DNA of 64,000 nucleotides from Okamejei kenojei (Eukaryota), in contig CM069161.1 of NCBI GenBank assembly GCA_035221665.1, positions 3,782,001 through 3,846,000 of the forward strand. The letters run 5' to 3'. The notes beneath the pieces were generated by a model. The model was not told the origin of the DNA. It saw nothing but the letters and a program-made list of their open reading frames with translations, and made no database searches. This document shows, in pieces, positions 25,584 to 38,970 of the stretch; position 1 is the first letter of the stretch, and each line of letters opens with the position of its first letter. The translations under genes were made by a program, and so were the position numbers.

Positions 25584-27295
25584 AGATACATAGAAAATAG
25601 GTGGAGCATTCTGCCTTGAGCCAGCACCGCCATTCAATATGATCATGGCTGATCATCCGCAATCAGCGTTCCTGCCTTCTCCCCATATCCCTTGATTCCA
25701 CTCGCCCAAAGAGTATCTAACTCTCTTTTGAATGCATCCAGTGAATCGGCCTCCGCTGCCTTCTGAGGCAGAGAATTCCACAAATTCACAACTCTTTGGG
25801 TGAAAAGTTTTTCTTCATGTTATAAATGGCCTATCCCTTATTGTTAAACTGTGGCCCCTGGTTCTGTACTCCCCCAAAAGCAGGAACATGTTTCCTGCAT
25901 CTAGCGTGCCCAATCCCTTAATAGTTTTATATGTTTCTATAAGATTCCCTCTCATCTCCTAAATTCCAGTGAATACAAGCCCAGTCGTTCCATTCTTTCA
26001 TCATACGACAGTCCACCATCCCGGGAATTAACCTGGTGAACCTATGCTGCACTCCCTCAATAGCAAGAATGCCCTTCCTCAAATTAGGAGACCAAAACTG
26101 CACACAATACTCCAGGCGTGGTTTCACCAGGGTCCTGTACAACTGCAGAAGGACCTCTTTGCTCCTATACTCAAATCCTCTCGTTATGAAGACCATTGTT
26201 TAGCCATGAAGGCATTATCTTTCTTCACTGCCTTCTGTACCTGCATGCTTACTTTCAAGGACTGATGTACAAGGACACCCAGGTCTCGTTGATCTTCCCC
26301 TTTTCCTTATCTGCCACCCTTCAGATAATAATCTGCCTTCCCGTTCTTGCCACCAAAGTGGATAGCCTCACATTTATCCACATTACACTGCATCTGCCAT
26401 GCATCTGCCCACTCAACCAACCTATCCAAGTCACCCTGCATCCTCATAGCATCTTCTTCACAGTTAATTCCTACTCTTTGTTTCCTGTCTGCCAACCAAT
26501 TTTCCATCCATGTCAATTCACTACCCCCAATACCATTAATTTCTGTTCTAATTTCGCCCACTAATCTCCTGTGTGGGATCTTATCAAAGGCTTTCTGAAA
26601 GTCCAGATACACTACATCCACTGGCTTTCCCTTATCCATTTTACTTGTTACATCCTCAAAAAAATCCAGAAGATTAGTCAAGCACGATTTCCCCTTCATA
26701 AATCCATGCAAACTTGGACCGATCCTGTTACTGCTATCCAAACACATCTTTAATAATTGACTCCAGCATCTTCCCCACCACTGGTCTATAATTCCCTGCT
26801 TTCTCTCCCCCTTTCTTAAAAAGTGGGATAACATTAGCTACCCTCTGATCCACAGGAACTGATCCAGAATCTATAACACATTGGAAAATGATCATCAATG
26901 TATCCACTATTGCTAGAGCCACCTCCTCGAGTACCCTGGAATGCAGAATATCAGGCCCTGGGGACTTATCAGCATTCAGTCCCATCAATCTACCCAGCAC
27001 CATTTCCTGACTAATGTGAATTTCTTTCAGTTCCTCTGTCACCCTAGATCTGTCCCCTAGTACATCTGGGAGATTGTTTGTGTCTTCCTTAGTGAAGATA
27101 GAACCAAATTACCTGCTCTATCCGTCTGCCATTTCCTTGCTATAAATTCACCTGTTTCTGTCTTCAAGGGACCACATTTGTCTTAACTAATCTTTTCCTT
27201 TTCACATACCCAAATAAGCTTTTACTATCCTTCTTTATATTCTTGGCTAGCTTACCTTTGTACTTCATCTTTTCTCCCCTTATTGCCTTTGTAGT
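25584..27295 (-). mobile_element. CR1 LINE, 5'-truncated with internal deletions
   Basis: ORF pieces with KSPGPD, GFMKGKSCLTNLL, VYLDFQKAFDK and LEYCVQFWSP. The 3' tail is at ~25590. Confidence 0.92.
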
Positions 27296-27571
27296 TACCT
27301 GCATAATATGTGTTACGTAATTGGTGATGTCAACAATTGTTACTGCACAGGTCAGTGAAACTGCCAAAAATAAAATGTCACTGACAAGGAAGTGTCTCCA
27401 CATCGTAAAAGCAAAGAAACAACTGCTGACAAGTGAAGAAATAAAGTAATTTATAGATATTTGTTCGGAAAGTACGTAAAAGCCTAATGTGTTTGTGCTC
27501 CTATTTTCCCCACTTTCTCATCCACTCCTCACGTGACAGGTAATGCAGAGACAAACCCAAACATGCTGTGG

Positions 27572-27862
27572 AGGTGGTGCAGCAGCAGAGTTGCTGCCTT
27601 ACAGCGGCAGAGACCCGGGTTTGATCCTGACTATGGGTGCTGTCTGTACGGAGTTTGTACGCTTTCCCCATGGGTTTTCTGTGGAAGCTCCAGTTTCCTC
27701 CCACACTTCAAAGATGTACAGGTGTGTAGGCTAATTGGCTAGGTGAAATTTAAAATTGTCCCTAGTGTGTCGGTTAGCGTTAGTGTGCGGGGATCACTGG
27801 TCGGCACGGACTCGGTGGGCTGAAGGGACTGTTTCAGTGCTGTAACTGTAAAACTAAAAAAA
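27572..27862 (+). mobile_element. HE1-type V-SINE
   Basis: gagttgctgccttacagcggcagagacccgggtttgatcc head, core, and the tail ggactcggtgggctgaagggactgtttc. Confidence 0.9.
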
Positions 27863-28002
27863 CGAATATCTATTCACTTCATATGTTAATGCCAAATGCT
27901 TTTCACAACCCAATGATCATCAATCCCAACATCTAATCACACTTCTAACTTTTACCTAGGCTGACGACTGCAAACTCTGACACCCAACAGCAAATCTTAC
28001 AC

Positions 28003-28205
28003 GGTTGCACAAAAAGCTGGAGAAACTCAGCGGGTGCAGCAGCATCTAAGGAGCGAAGGAGATAGGCGACGTTTCGGGTCGAGACCCTTCTTCTCGACCC
28101 GAAACGTCGCCTATCTCCTTCGCTCCTTAGATGCTGCTGCACCCGCTGAGTTTCTCCAGCTTTTTGTGTAACCCTCGATTCTCCAGCATCTGCAGTTTCT
28201 TCGTT
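28003..28205. mobile_element. Young Penelope-terminus-like fold-back element with 82-bp arms and 17-bp TSD
   Basis: Arms 28003-28084 and 28092-28173 are 81/82 complementary with a 7-nt loop. The direct repeat aacagcaaatcttacac lies at 27986-28002 and 28206-28222. Confidence 0.93.
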
Positions 28206-30104
28206 AACAGCAAATCTTACACAATGTCCACCACCCTGATTAAATGGTGCACCTTCCCTCTGCCCATTGCACTCTATGGTTGATGCTCACCTCAATACTT
28301 CAACTTCTTTCTCTCACAAGCACTAAAGATCATACCCTGATTTACCTTGTGCAGGGCGTGCAAAGAAAAAGGCTTTCCTCAAGTAAGGCAAGGCAAGGCA
28401 AGGTGCTGACCCTGTCACAGAGGGACTTAAAACAGAAACGGGTATCGACCACTGGAACCCTCAAGCATGTCCCACAATTCAATATTATTACGGCTTACCT
28501 ACACCGGCCTCAACTCTTCTGTGATCATTCCCCATGGCCTTCAATATCTCAATCTTACAAGTATTTATTCATCCCCATTTTCATTACATGTAATGATCTG
28601 GATTCCACTACAATTGGATGGGAGGGAATAAGAATTTCAGAGATTCACTAACCCTAACTAACTGGGAAAATAAATTTCAATGCACGTTAGTCTCCTCCAG
28701 AAATGATAGCTATAAATTCTATTTATAAAATTAACATATTTGTAAACTAAAGGCATACAGAGCAAAGTTAACGCACAGGTCGTAACTAAGTGATGGAGCA
28801 GATTCCCCATTTTCAAACAGTATAGAATGCCATTTGACTACTCAATCAATCTAAAGTGCCTCCAATGCAGGAACATTCCTCCCAAACAAATAGACTAAAG
28901 ATGTATGTGGAACTCTCAATATTGTTTCACCAATGCCCTATACATTTCAAGCAAGACTTTCCAACTTTTGTATTCAATCCCTGTTCAATAAAAGCCAACG
29001 TTGCAATTTGCCTTCCCAGCTAATCACTGAATATGTTTGCCAATTTTGTGTTTCATGTCCGGAGACACCCAATTCCACAGGACAATCCTCTGTACTCTAT
29101 CTCCATTTAAGAACATAAGAGATAGAAGCAGAGATAGAAGGGCTATTTGGCGCCTTGTACCTGCTCTGACATTCAATTAAACCAAAGATAATCTTTGTCC
29201 TCATTTACATTTTACTGTATTTATCCCATTTTCCACAATTTCATTAAAATTCAAAAAATCTATAAATATGTCTTGAATGGGGTCTGCGATGAAGCCTTCA
29301 AGACTCTATAAGGCACAGACTCTCAACGATTCCCTCTTTTCAGGATGAAGATTTTCCCCCCTCCTCTTGGCCCTGAGAGTTGGTTCATCTTAGTCTGAGA
29401 AAATGCATTGACATGAGTCAAGCTCCAAGAATGTAATATGCTTTCATTCTTCAAAAATCTGGAGACTATAGACAGACGATAAATCATTGTACCATCCTAG
29501 AAAAATTTGGCATTATGAATTAGATAAGAAGGCTGTTCAGTCATAAATAAACAATTAACACTATAATCAGGTCTGGTTCAAGGTCACAGTTTCATGTTCT
29601 AACAAAGTATTTCATACCTATGGTAAGTATAAATCCCATTTGAACACGTGGTTTAGTTTAAGTATGACTAACAAAAATACTTTCGTACAAAAGGGTGTGT
29701 TCGTAGTCAAAATGTTGATTAAATCCTACAGAAATTGAAAAGAGCTGGTATTTTCAAAATTTCATACAGATTAGAAAATTTCTTGCACTGGGGGAGCGTA
29801 ACACTAAATAACCTGTCTTACTTGTTCTTTCACTTTACTCTCCTGAAGGCCTGGTTGTGATACTTCTGAACATCCGAAAGGTATGCAATCATTCACTGCT
29901 TAAACATGTAGCACAGCAATGGACACTTGTATGGAGATGCCAAATGTACGTTGGGTGTGGAGGGGGAGTGCTACTGTTCATCGACATTTACTCCAACGTT
30001 ATTATCTGTAAGTTTACGCATGCGCAGTAGGACTACCGTTTCTTACTTGCATAAGAACTGACATATATCCTCGGCACTTAACTTATGCAAGTCATATGTA
30101 TATG

Positions 30105-30312
30105 GAATAATCTGTCAGAGGAATTTGTAGACAAAGGTGCACTTACAATCTTTAAAAGACATTTGGACAGGTGAATTGACAGAAAAGGTTTAGAGGGATT
30201 TGGGCCAAACATAGGCAAATGGGAACAGCATGGATAGACATCTTGGTCAGCATGGACAAGTCAGCCCAAAGTTGGTCAGCATGGACAAGTCAGCCTGTTT
30301 CTGTGCTCTGTG
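30105..30312 (+). mobile_element. CR1 3' end with a small internal duplication
   Basis: tggaataatctgtcagagg (WNNLSE)...tttaaaagacatttggacagg. The sequence ttggtcagcatggacaagtcagcc occurs twice. Confidence 0.7.
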
Positions 30313-32109
30313 AGGCCGACAAAAAATCAAAAGTAATAAATAAATACCAAGAGCAGAATGTTCCTTGCATACAATTTGGCAAGATCATAAACGCCAGTCT
30401 GGAATCTCAAGTTTGAGGAGCTGTCTGAAGTTATCCTGTTGGAATTGTAACTGCCTTTACATGCATATGTTTTAACATGGCTTTCTTAGACCAGTATCTA
30501 GCCATTGTATAGCCCAGTTAATCCAACAACATATTTTAATCCTGCTGTTGGGCTAATCCAAATAATTTTAATCCTGCTCTGAATTTTGCTGTAGCATAAG
30601 TTTACTGAAGAATGACTGATATTTATTGTGTAAATTCTTCTGGATCTTAAATCCATGTTCAAGGTTGCAAAGCTTTAACACAAAGATTGATATTGAGTCG
30701 TATAAAAATAAATAAGGACAGGTGACCAAAAAGTTGATCAAAAAGTTATATTGCAAGTGCCTTAAAGGCAAGAGTCAGAATTGGTTGACCTGGGAATCTC
30801 ATGACTGAAGCTTGCCACTAGTGGCCTGAAGTACAATGCAATGACCTTGGAAGGACACAGAGATTTGTTGATTACAGAGAAAGGGCTGGATGGGGAAAAT
30901 GAGGCAGATTTTAGAAGAAATTTGGAAGCCAGGATGAAAATGTAAACTGAGACTTTGCTGAATGGGGAGCTAATGCAAGATAATGAGAAGAGGGATTTTA
31001 ATACGCATGAAAAGATACTTTGCAAATGGTGGGAGCTGAGAACATAAAAATCAAGCGAGGAATGCAAAATCAAAACATAATGCCTTTTCAAATGAACCAT
31101 TCTCCGATATTGGGAGGACATAACCAGATGTCTATTGTTACGTAACTAACGGGAGTCATGATCCTGAAAAGTGCAGCCTGTCCAAATAATTTACTTCAGA
31201 GGAAGGAGGAAATTATATAAAAGGTTAGGCATCTCTTTTCTTTGTTCTATCAAAGCCTACATTTTTTCTTGTTGCTATGACTATGAAAATAAATGTAATG
31301 AGGATGATGCTCGTGCTTGTCGTGATACCATAGGTGATCCTTGATGAGACTCAAGTTTGCCCACATTAATTGGTTGCATCAACTTAATGGACGCTCAAAA
31401 TACCACTTTGTAACCATGCAATCATTCCATTCAAGTTCATGCAGATGCTTGTATATCTATTATGCAAGGATGGAGCAGCTCAAGTTATGCAAGATTTTTT
31501 TCTACTTATTCACAAGAAATAGGCGTTGCCACCAAAGGGATCTGTTACATTTCCCAAACCATTAAGTTATGGCCAACTATCACAAACGGTCACTGTCTTT
31601 AAGAATATATGAAATAGATGAGTACAGGATTCCAAAGATTCAATCTAGAAAATCGGAGGCAGTTCACTTTACCACCCAACACCTACCTTTGAATCAGTCA
31701 ATGCAACAATAGTCCTCAATCATGCTTCAACAATTTTGAAATATAGATGAACAGGTGATTTGTTTTTTCTGATTAGCTGATTGATCTGCAGATCACTTGT
31801 AATGTCACTAACATGAATAGACATTATGTGGGAAAACAAGCCATGAAGAGGATACAGAGTGGCAGATGGGTTTGATAAACAAACAGGAAATGGCTAATAT
31901 TGTGCAATGTGAAGCTAGGAAATAGCAGGCAGCATACTTGGAGAATTCTTCCTATTGCCACAATATTTGTTTATGCAGCTTGTTTAGTTTCTGGTCATCG
32001 ATAACCCCCAGGATGTTGATAGTGGGGCACTATGTGATGATAACATTGAATACCTGGTATCAGCTCCCTCTTGTCGGCTATTGCAATCAACTGGCACTTG
32101 CCTCACTCA

Positions 32110-32340
<231 letters not shown>

Positions 32341-32949
32341 TCAATACCTTTCACAATCTTCCCTCTCCTCCTGAAGATATGGTCAATTGCTGGGGGACAA
32401 TGCCACAAAAAGCTGTTTCCCATGGGTACAGTACTTTGCCCAATGAGCGTCAGCACCATATCCATGTTGGTGCATTCTTCCAACTAGCTAGTGCATAGTA
32501 GATGCCCACCTCAATCACGTTCCCCATCCCATTCAAAGCGTAAAGTCTAAAGTCACTACAATACTCGATGCTGACGAGAGAATTGTCAGTCAATTGGAAC
32601 CTCCAAGGTATGAATAGGTTAAAAAAAAAATTGGCATTGAAATAATGAATTATTTATCATGTACTAATGTTGAGCCACAACCGTTGTCTTATGCCAGCAC
32701 ATGAAATAAAATATGAATGGGATATCGGGGAATCGTTATATCTACACTGAATTGAAATCAGTCCAGCTGCATTTATACAATAGGTTTAAAATTACTTGCA
32801 AATGCAGTTCATTTAAAGTATTTGCATCAACCTATATTAAACATATTATTTCAAAGGAATAAATTATTAACATAACTTACAATAATTATATTTAACTAGT
32901 TGTGACACATTGTACTGGAACAATTTTTATTAAAAAGATCTCAATATTC

Positions 32950-33580
32950 ATCACATGCTCCAGCTTCTTTTACCAGTAATCTTAAATCCGAGTTCCCTAA
33001 TTATGGACCTATCTGCAAAGGTAAATGGGTTCTTCCGATTCATTCCACCTCTCAATTTTAACACCTCAATTAAACCTCCCCCAATTTTTTTTGTTGCAAA
33101 TGAAATGGCTGCAGTTGTGCAATCTCTTCCCGTAAGCTATAATTTACCAGCCCAACAACATTGCTTCACGTCACCTCTCTGCCCTGTCTAATATAATCGC
33201 ATCCTTTATATAGGGTGCTGAACAAGTCACAATTTACAAAACAACTTGTACAAAGTCCATGCTCTCTTCCCTTGTGGACTAAGCCTCCGCCAGTCAAGAA
33301 TCGCCAATTAACTTTGTCTTGCCATAGGGAACATGCACATAAAATCTCTGCTGCCTCATAGTTCTTAGTATCTTAACATTCTTCATGTGTGCTCTTTCCT
33401 TATTTTCCTAAATGTGTGACCTCCCACTTTTCAGATTTAATACCCGTCACCACTTCATGCGTAACTAATCAGTCCATCGATATCGTCCTGGGGGCCACAA
33501 TTTCCTTACTCACCGTCAATCGTACTAGCAATTTTGGCATGAAATACAGATAGTCCCACATTTAAGTCCACAGATGCACC
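32950..33580 (-). mobile_element. Old CR1 remnant
   Basis: Degenerate reverse-strand CR1 tail and RT features (ctcaattttaacacctcaattaaa; ctagcaattttggcat). Confidence 0.45.
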
Positions 33581-33759
33581 CCCACAACTGTTATTGTGCT
33601 CCTTTCTGAAATGTAGACCTGATCAGATCTCCTCTAACACTTATCCACCTGGCAGAACTTGTGCTTACTCACAATAATCTCCCCTTTTGATTTCCCTCAC
33701 TTTCTACAAATCAAATGTGTAGCCAGAGGTGCTCGCAGTCCTTGTTTGAAATCTACTCT

Positions 33760-35130
33760 GGCACCACTCTCCAACTCTTTCAATGCTGTGTTGATGACTG
33801 CATTGGTGCTGCCTCCCCAATTTTATCAACTCTGCCACAAACTTCCACCTTGCCTCAAATTCAACTGGATGATTTCTGATCTCTCTGTTGCTATCACAAG
33901 TAACAAAGTAAACTCACTGAGGCCCACAGCTACTTAGACTACACCTCCTCTCACACTGTCTTTTAGAAAACATAGATAAACAAGTGCAGAAGTAGGCCAT
34001 TCGGACCTTCGAGCATGATCTTAGCTGATCTAAAATCAGTTTCCCGTTTTTGCTTTTCCCCCATATCCCTTGATTTCTGTAGCCCTGAGAGCTAAATCTA
34101 ACTCTCTCTTGAAAACACCCAGTGAATTGGCCTCCACTGCCTTCTGTGGCAGAGAATTCCACAGATTCACAACTCTCTGGGTGAAGACATTTTTCCTCAT
34201 CTCAGTCCTAAATGGCCTATCCCTTATTCTTAAACAGTGACCCCTGGTTCTAGACCCTCCCAACATCGGGAACATTTTTCCTGCATCTAGTCTGTCCAAC
34301 CCTTTAAGAATTATAGGTTTCTATAAGAACTTTCTAAATTCCAGTGAAGCCATCACATTTTCATAGTGTCTCCACCTCCATTACATCTGTTCACACAGCA
34401 AGGCTTTCCATATCTGAAATGACAACCTTTTTTCAGACAACATGGCATTCCCTCCACTGTGGTTGATTTTGCCCACACCTGCATCTCCTCCAATTTCCGG
34501 ACTTCTGCTTACACCTTGCTTCCACCCAGACAGAATGGCGATAGAGTTTCTTTAGTCCTTATCTTTCACCCTATCAGCCTCTGCATCCAGCACGTCATTC
34601 TTTATCATTTCCATCAGTTGTTACGAGATCCCATGAACCATATCTTTCCCTCGCCACCCTTTCCTGCAGGAATTACACACTCTGTGACTCCCTGACTCAC
34701 TCCTCCGTGCACAACCCCTGCCAATATTCCCTGCAACCTTTGGAGGTGTAATACCTATTCACCACATCCACTTTCACTTTCACCCGATCCAAGACATTAA
34801 CAACTCTTCCAGGTAAAGCAGGATTAACATGCTCAACTGCCAACTTTGGGTATTGCAGATGGTGCTTGTGATGTAGCCTCATCTACATTCACGTGGCTAG
34901 ATGCAGACTTAGTGACCACTTTGACAAGTATTTGGTCTCTGTCCGCATTGCCATCGTGAACCTCTGGCTGCATGCCATTTCAATTCCCCCTTCCCATACA
35001 GAACTGTCAGTCCTCAGCCTTCTCCACTGGAAGCCAAATACAAACTCGAAGCATAGTACTCATTTGCCACCTGCAGTCTACAACCCAATGGAATAAATAT
35101 TGCATTTTCTGATTTCAGGTAACCCATGCA
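33760..35130 (+). mobile_element. Penelope-like element remnant (RT C-terminus + GIY-YIG endonuclease), split by a CR1 insertion
   Basis: Remnants xDDCIGA...NFINSATNFH..LKFNW and HSYLDYTSSH; then RVSLVLIFHPISLCIQHVILYHFHQLLRDP..HIFPSPP (ORF 34459..34695); then TCSTANFGYCRWCL*CSLIYIHVARCRLSDHFDKYL, a GIY-YIG-like VYCIxC..C...YIG.T.R.L..RF.EH. Confidence 0.8.
33963..34346 (-). mobile_element. CR1 LINE 3' end inserted into the Penelope remnant
   Basis: ORF 34036..34299: RTRGHCLRIRDRPFRTEMRKNVFTQRVVNLWNSLPQKAVEA. Confidence 0.9.
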
Positions 35131-35754
35131 TTGCGTTCCTTTCTCTCTCTTATCCACCTAGGTTCTCTCAATCTCTGCTCTTTTCAACCATCCTCCAGTT
35201 CCCTGTTACCAGTTACTTTCCCATCCTCTTTTGGTTCTGTCCATCCCTTTTCTGATTCCACATTACCTTCCTCACGCAGCAAATTGCAGAATCTGCAACT
35301 TTTTGCCTTCTCTTCTCATCACCTTCCAGCCTCTGTCTCTACTTCCACCCTCCCCTCCCTATCACATAGCTGCTGCATCCCCTTCCTCATCTGGTCTCAC
35401 CTGTCACCCGCCAGCCCGATTCACTCGTCCCCTTCACTCTTCTATTGATTAACACAGTGGACATGCTGACACAGTGAATCAGTAAGTGAATGATGGTCTT
35501 GGATCCTTGTTCCACGTACACGAGTTTGATCACAGGCTGCAGGTTTTCTTCAACAGACTAAGAACCATTCTTAACTGCCAGTGCATTGTTTTCAATGTAG
35601 TTGAGAATTTTTAAATGAACCAAGATCACCAGTGCGTCATTGATTGAGAGTGCAGCACTTCTGATATTTTTGTATTATTACACAAACAAGAATTGGAATT
35701 GAGAAAGTTGAATTGTAACTTCTGAGTAAAATAAGATAGGGAGGATAGATTTTA

Positions 35755-35994
<240 letters not shown>

Positions 35995-36050
35995 TCAGGT
36001 AGCATGACCAACAAATCCTTTTAATCACTATTTGGACAATGATAAAATCA

Positions 36051-36640
36051 AGTAAAGTAAAATAAAGAAAGTAAAGTATCCTTTATTGTCATTCGGACCT
36101 TTCGGTCTGAACGACATTTCGTTGCCTTGCAGTCACACATTTAATAAAATAACAAAACACACAATAAACACAAATTTAACTTCCACAACAGTCAGTTCAC
36201 CACGCACGTCCTCACTGTGATGGAAGGCAAAACTCTTAAGTCTTTGTCTCTTCTCTCCTTGCTCTCCCTCTGCGCTGAGGCGATCCAGGCTTCCAATGTT
36301 GTGTCCCCACCGGGTGATGGTAAGTAAGTCCCACGGCTCAACCGTGCTCTGCGAACAGGCCGGTTCAAGCTCCGTGGCCCTGGGTGGTCGAAGCTGCCGC
36401 CCTCCAGTCCAGCGGATGAAGCTGTTGCCGCGGGAGCTCCGGAAAAACAGGTCACCAACCTGTGACCTGCGAGCTCCCGACGATGTCGTCCACTGGGCCC
36501 ATGGCCGAACCTCCGAATTCTGGCCGCCGCCGCCGGGACACTGCCTCAGCCCCGAGTCGGGCCGCTGCCGCCGGGACACTGCCTCAGCCCCGAGTCGGGC
36601 CGCCGCCGCCAGGACACCGCCTCAGCCCCGAGTCGTGAAG
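36051..36640 (-). mobile_element. GC-rich non-autonomous retroelement with a Rex1-like 3' tail
   Basis: The minus-strand 3' end is ...ggcaacgaaatgtcgttcagaccgaaaggtccgaaTGACAATAAAggatac(tttac)n. The body is CpG-rich and non-coding. Confidence 0.65.
36522..36635. repeat. Tandem repeat, 3 x 38 bp
   Basis: Unit ggccgccgccgccgggacactgcctcagccccgagtcg at 36522, 36560 and 36598, with 1-2 substitutions per copy. Confidence 0.95.
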
Positions 36641-38129
36641 TATAGATGGAGTCGAGTCAATCCGTGGTGGTGGTGGTGGTTGCAAACAACGCGGGGTGGC
36701 CTCTTTGCATGATGGAATGAGCTGCAGTTGGCAAACTGAGCAGTTGGTAAACCAAGAAGATGCTTTCTGTGGTGCATCTATAGAAATTGGTAAGTCATTG
36801 TAGAAATGTTCCTTTACCATCTGAGGAAATAGAGGCTTGGTGTGCTTTTTCAGCCACAGAGTCAATGTGGTTGGATGTGGACTAATTGTTGGTGATATTC
36901 CCAATAGATCCAGTGTCATTTATATGCACATACTTACCTATACAGACATCGGTATCCATTACATAGTGCACACAGTCAAAAGACATGAATCAGCATTCAC
37001 ATGTTCAAGCCAGAGAGATACAAATTCACATTCTAGAGACTTAAATACATAATCAATGTTCTCATTACAGCATAGTATTGCACGACTCGAAGTGGAAGAT
37101 ATCAATTAAATAACACTCTGTCTCTCATCAAAGGTGAATTTAAAACATCTGGAAGAATTTTCTGTTTCATTCTGAACTATAATCACCTTACATAAAAAGT
37201 ATACTGAGATATTTATCCTGCTTTGTGCAAATTGTAATTGTTCTCGCAAAGTTGTCAATGTTTTAAGAATACCTAAATGGCTCTAAAGCTGTTAGGAAAT
37301 TCAAGATTATGGGAATCTTTCATTGAAATCCTTTCTTATCACCCCTGAACACCACCTGACTGTTAGTACTGCAAAGTTAAAGAGAATGAAGGCCTGGGTG
37401 GACATTCTATGGTACTGTGTTGGGGTTGGTTACAGAGAACTGGAGGGGTGAGGCAAGGCCACGGAAAAAGATTGCAAAAAGAGACATACATTGGTCGATT
37501 GTGATGTGAGCTTTCCTTAAAAGACAATTTCTTTAAAATTGTCTTCTTTGCCACCAAAAAGGATCATCTTAAATATCTATAGCCTGGAAGGTTACAGTTA
37601 GTTCAAACAAATGGGTTCAAAATTCTTCCAAAATAATAGTTAAGCGACAATTTTCAAGAGCAGGACGGAAATTATTCCTCCACAGTAGAAATAAATTGTA
37701 CACTGCATGAAGGTATCAATATTGGGCACTAGAACTTCAACCAAAAGAGAAGTACACAATAATAAACTTGAAAGGTCATCAAATTAGAAAAGGAGGACTC
37801 TGATGATGTTATACTTTTCAACAGAAGAAATGTGCCAAGTAATTAGGCTTATTTTGGTCATTCGGACTTTTCCTGAAATGTTACAAGTTATTTTTTTTAA
37901 TACAAAGAGATGGAGCACAAATTGGTTTTGATAATGATAAATCTGTTAATTGCCATATGTGCAGGCAAAGGAACAATGACATTCTGACTTGCAGCTTAAC
38001 AGGCCTGAAAATGTAATAAGCAAAGATATTCCCAGCGTTTTTGACCAGTGTTTCAACCAGTCTGTGCTTACTATTGTACACATGTAGAATTTCAATTTCA
38101 AAGAGTATTCATTGATATACAGAATCACC

Positions 38130-38970
38130 TCAATCTTTTAGTGGCGACATTGATGAGCTTTCCTTGAGATTGCATCAATGTACTGGGGCTAGGACATATC
38201 TTCAGAGATATATTTTCTCATGAACTTTAAGCTGTTGACTCTCTCCACCACTGTCCCATCGATGAAGATAGCTTTGTGGATCCCCAGATATCCCCACCTG
38301 AAGTCAACAATCAGCTCCTCGTTTTTGCTAACGTTGGGAGAAAGATATTGTTCTGGCACCATTCAAACAAATTTTCAATCTCCCTCCAGAACTCCTTGCT
38401 TCCCATTATTTATCTGATAACGGTGGTATTGCCGGCTAATTTAAAGATGCTGCTGGAACTATGTCCGGCTACATAGTTGTGCATATAGAGCAATGGCGCA
38501 AGAGACTGAACTCACAGCCTTGAGGTGCTCTTGTGCTGATAGTTATTGAACAGGAAGTGTCTCCGCCAATTCGTACCAATTTTGTCTGATAATGAGACAG
38601 CCAAAGATCCTATTACAAATAGATGAACCAAAGTTCTCTTATCTAAGGAAGGATCTCAAACCGAAATGTCACCTATTCCTTTTCTCCTGATATGCTGTCT
38701 GACCCGCTGCGTTACTCCAGCTTTTTGTGTCTATACACAGTTTGATAAGCTTCGAGGGGAGGGTGGTATTGGACACAGGCTATAGTCGATGAACAATGCC
38801 CTGACATACATGTTCTTATTGTCCAAGCAGTCCAGTGTAGAATGGAGAGCCTGTGAGATTGCATCCCTATTGATCTGTTGTGGCAATAGGTGAATTGTGG
38901 TGGGTCCAGGTCCTTACAAAAATAGGATATGATACGCGCCATAACCAACCTCAAAAGATTTGATCACCAA
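38130..38970 (-). mobile_element. Old Rex1/Babar RT fragment interrupted by a Penelope-terminus copy
   Basis: DLDPPQFTYCHNRS (ORF 38712..38954); gaactttaagctgttgactctctccacc is the reverse complement of VERVNSLKF. Confidence 0.8.
38645..38734 (+). mobile_element. Penelope-terminus-like short element (single arm)
   Basis: aaggaaggatctcaaaccgaaatgtcacctattcc...gacccgctgcgttactccagctttttgtgtc. Confidence 0.8.

Noticed and set aside
29822-29898. Possible cryptic or poison NSF exon (minus strand AG...GTAAGA)
   Set aside because: The polypyrimidine tract is weak, there is an immediate stop and no homology. It cannot be supported without RNA data.
36522-36635. CRISPR-like array
   Set aside because: The units are head-to-tail with no unique spacers, the context is eukaryotic, and there are no cas genes.
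36584-36919. ORF with LWLKKHTKPLFPQ as the upstream NSF exon (LLKKAPPQ)
   Set aside because: It lacks the highly conserved DYVPIGPRFSN motif, so the similarity is superficial. The real exon probably lies beyond the window.
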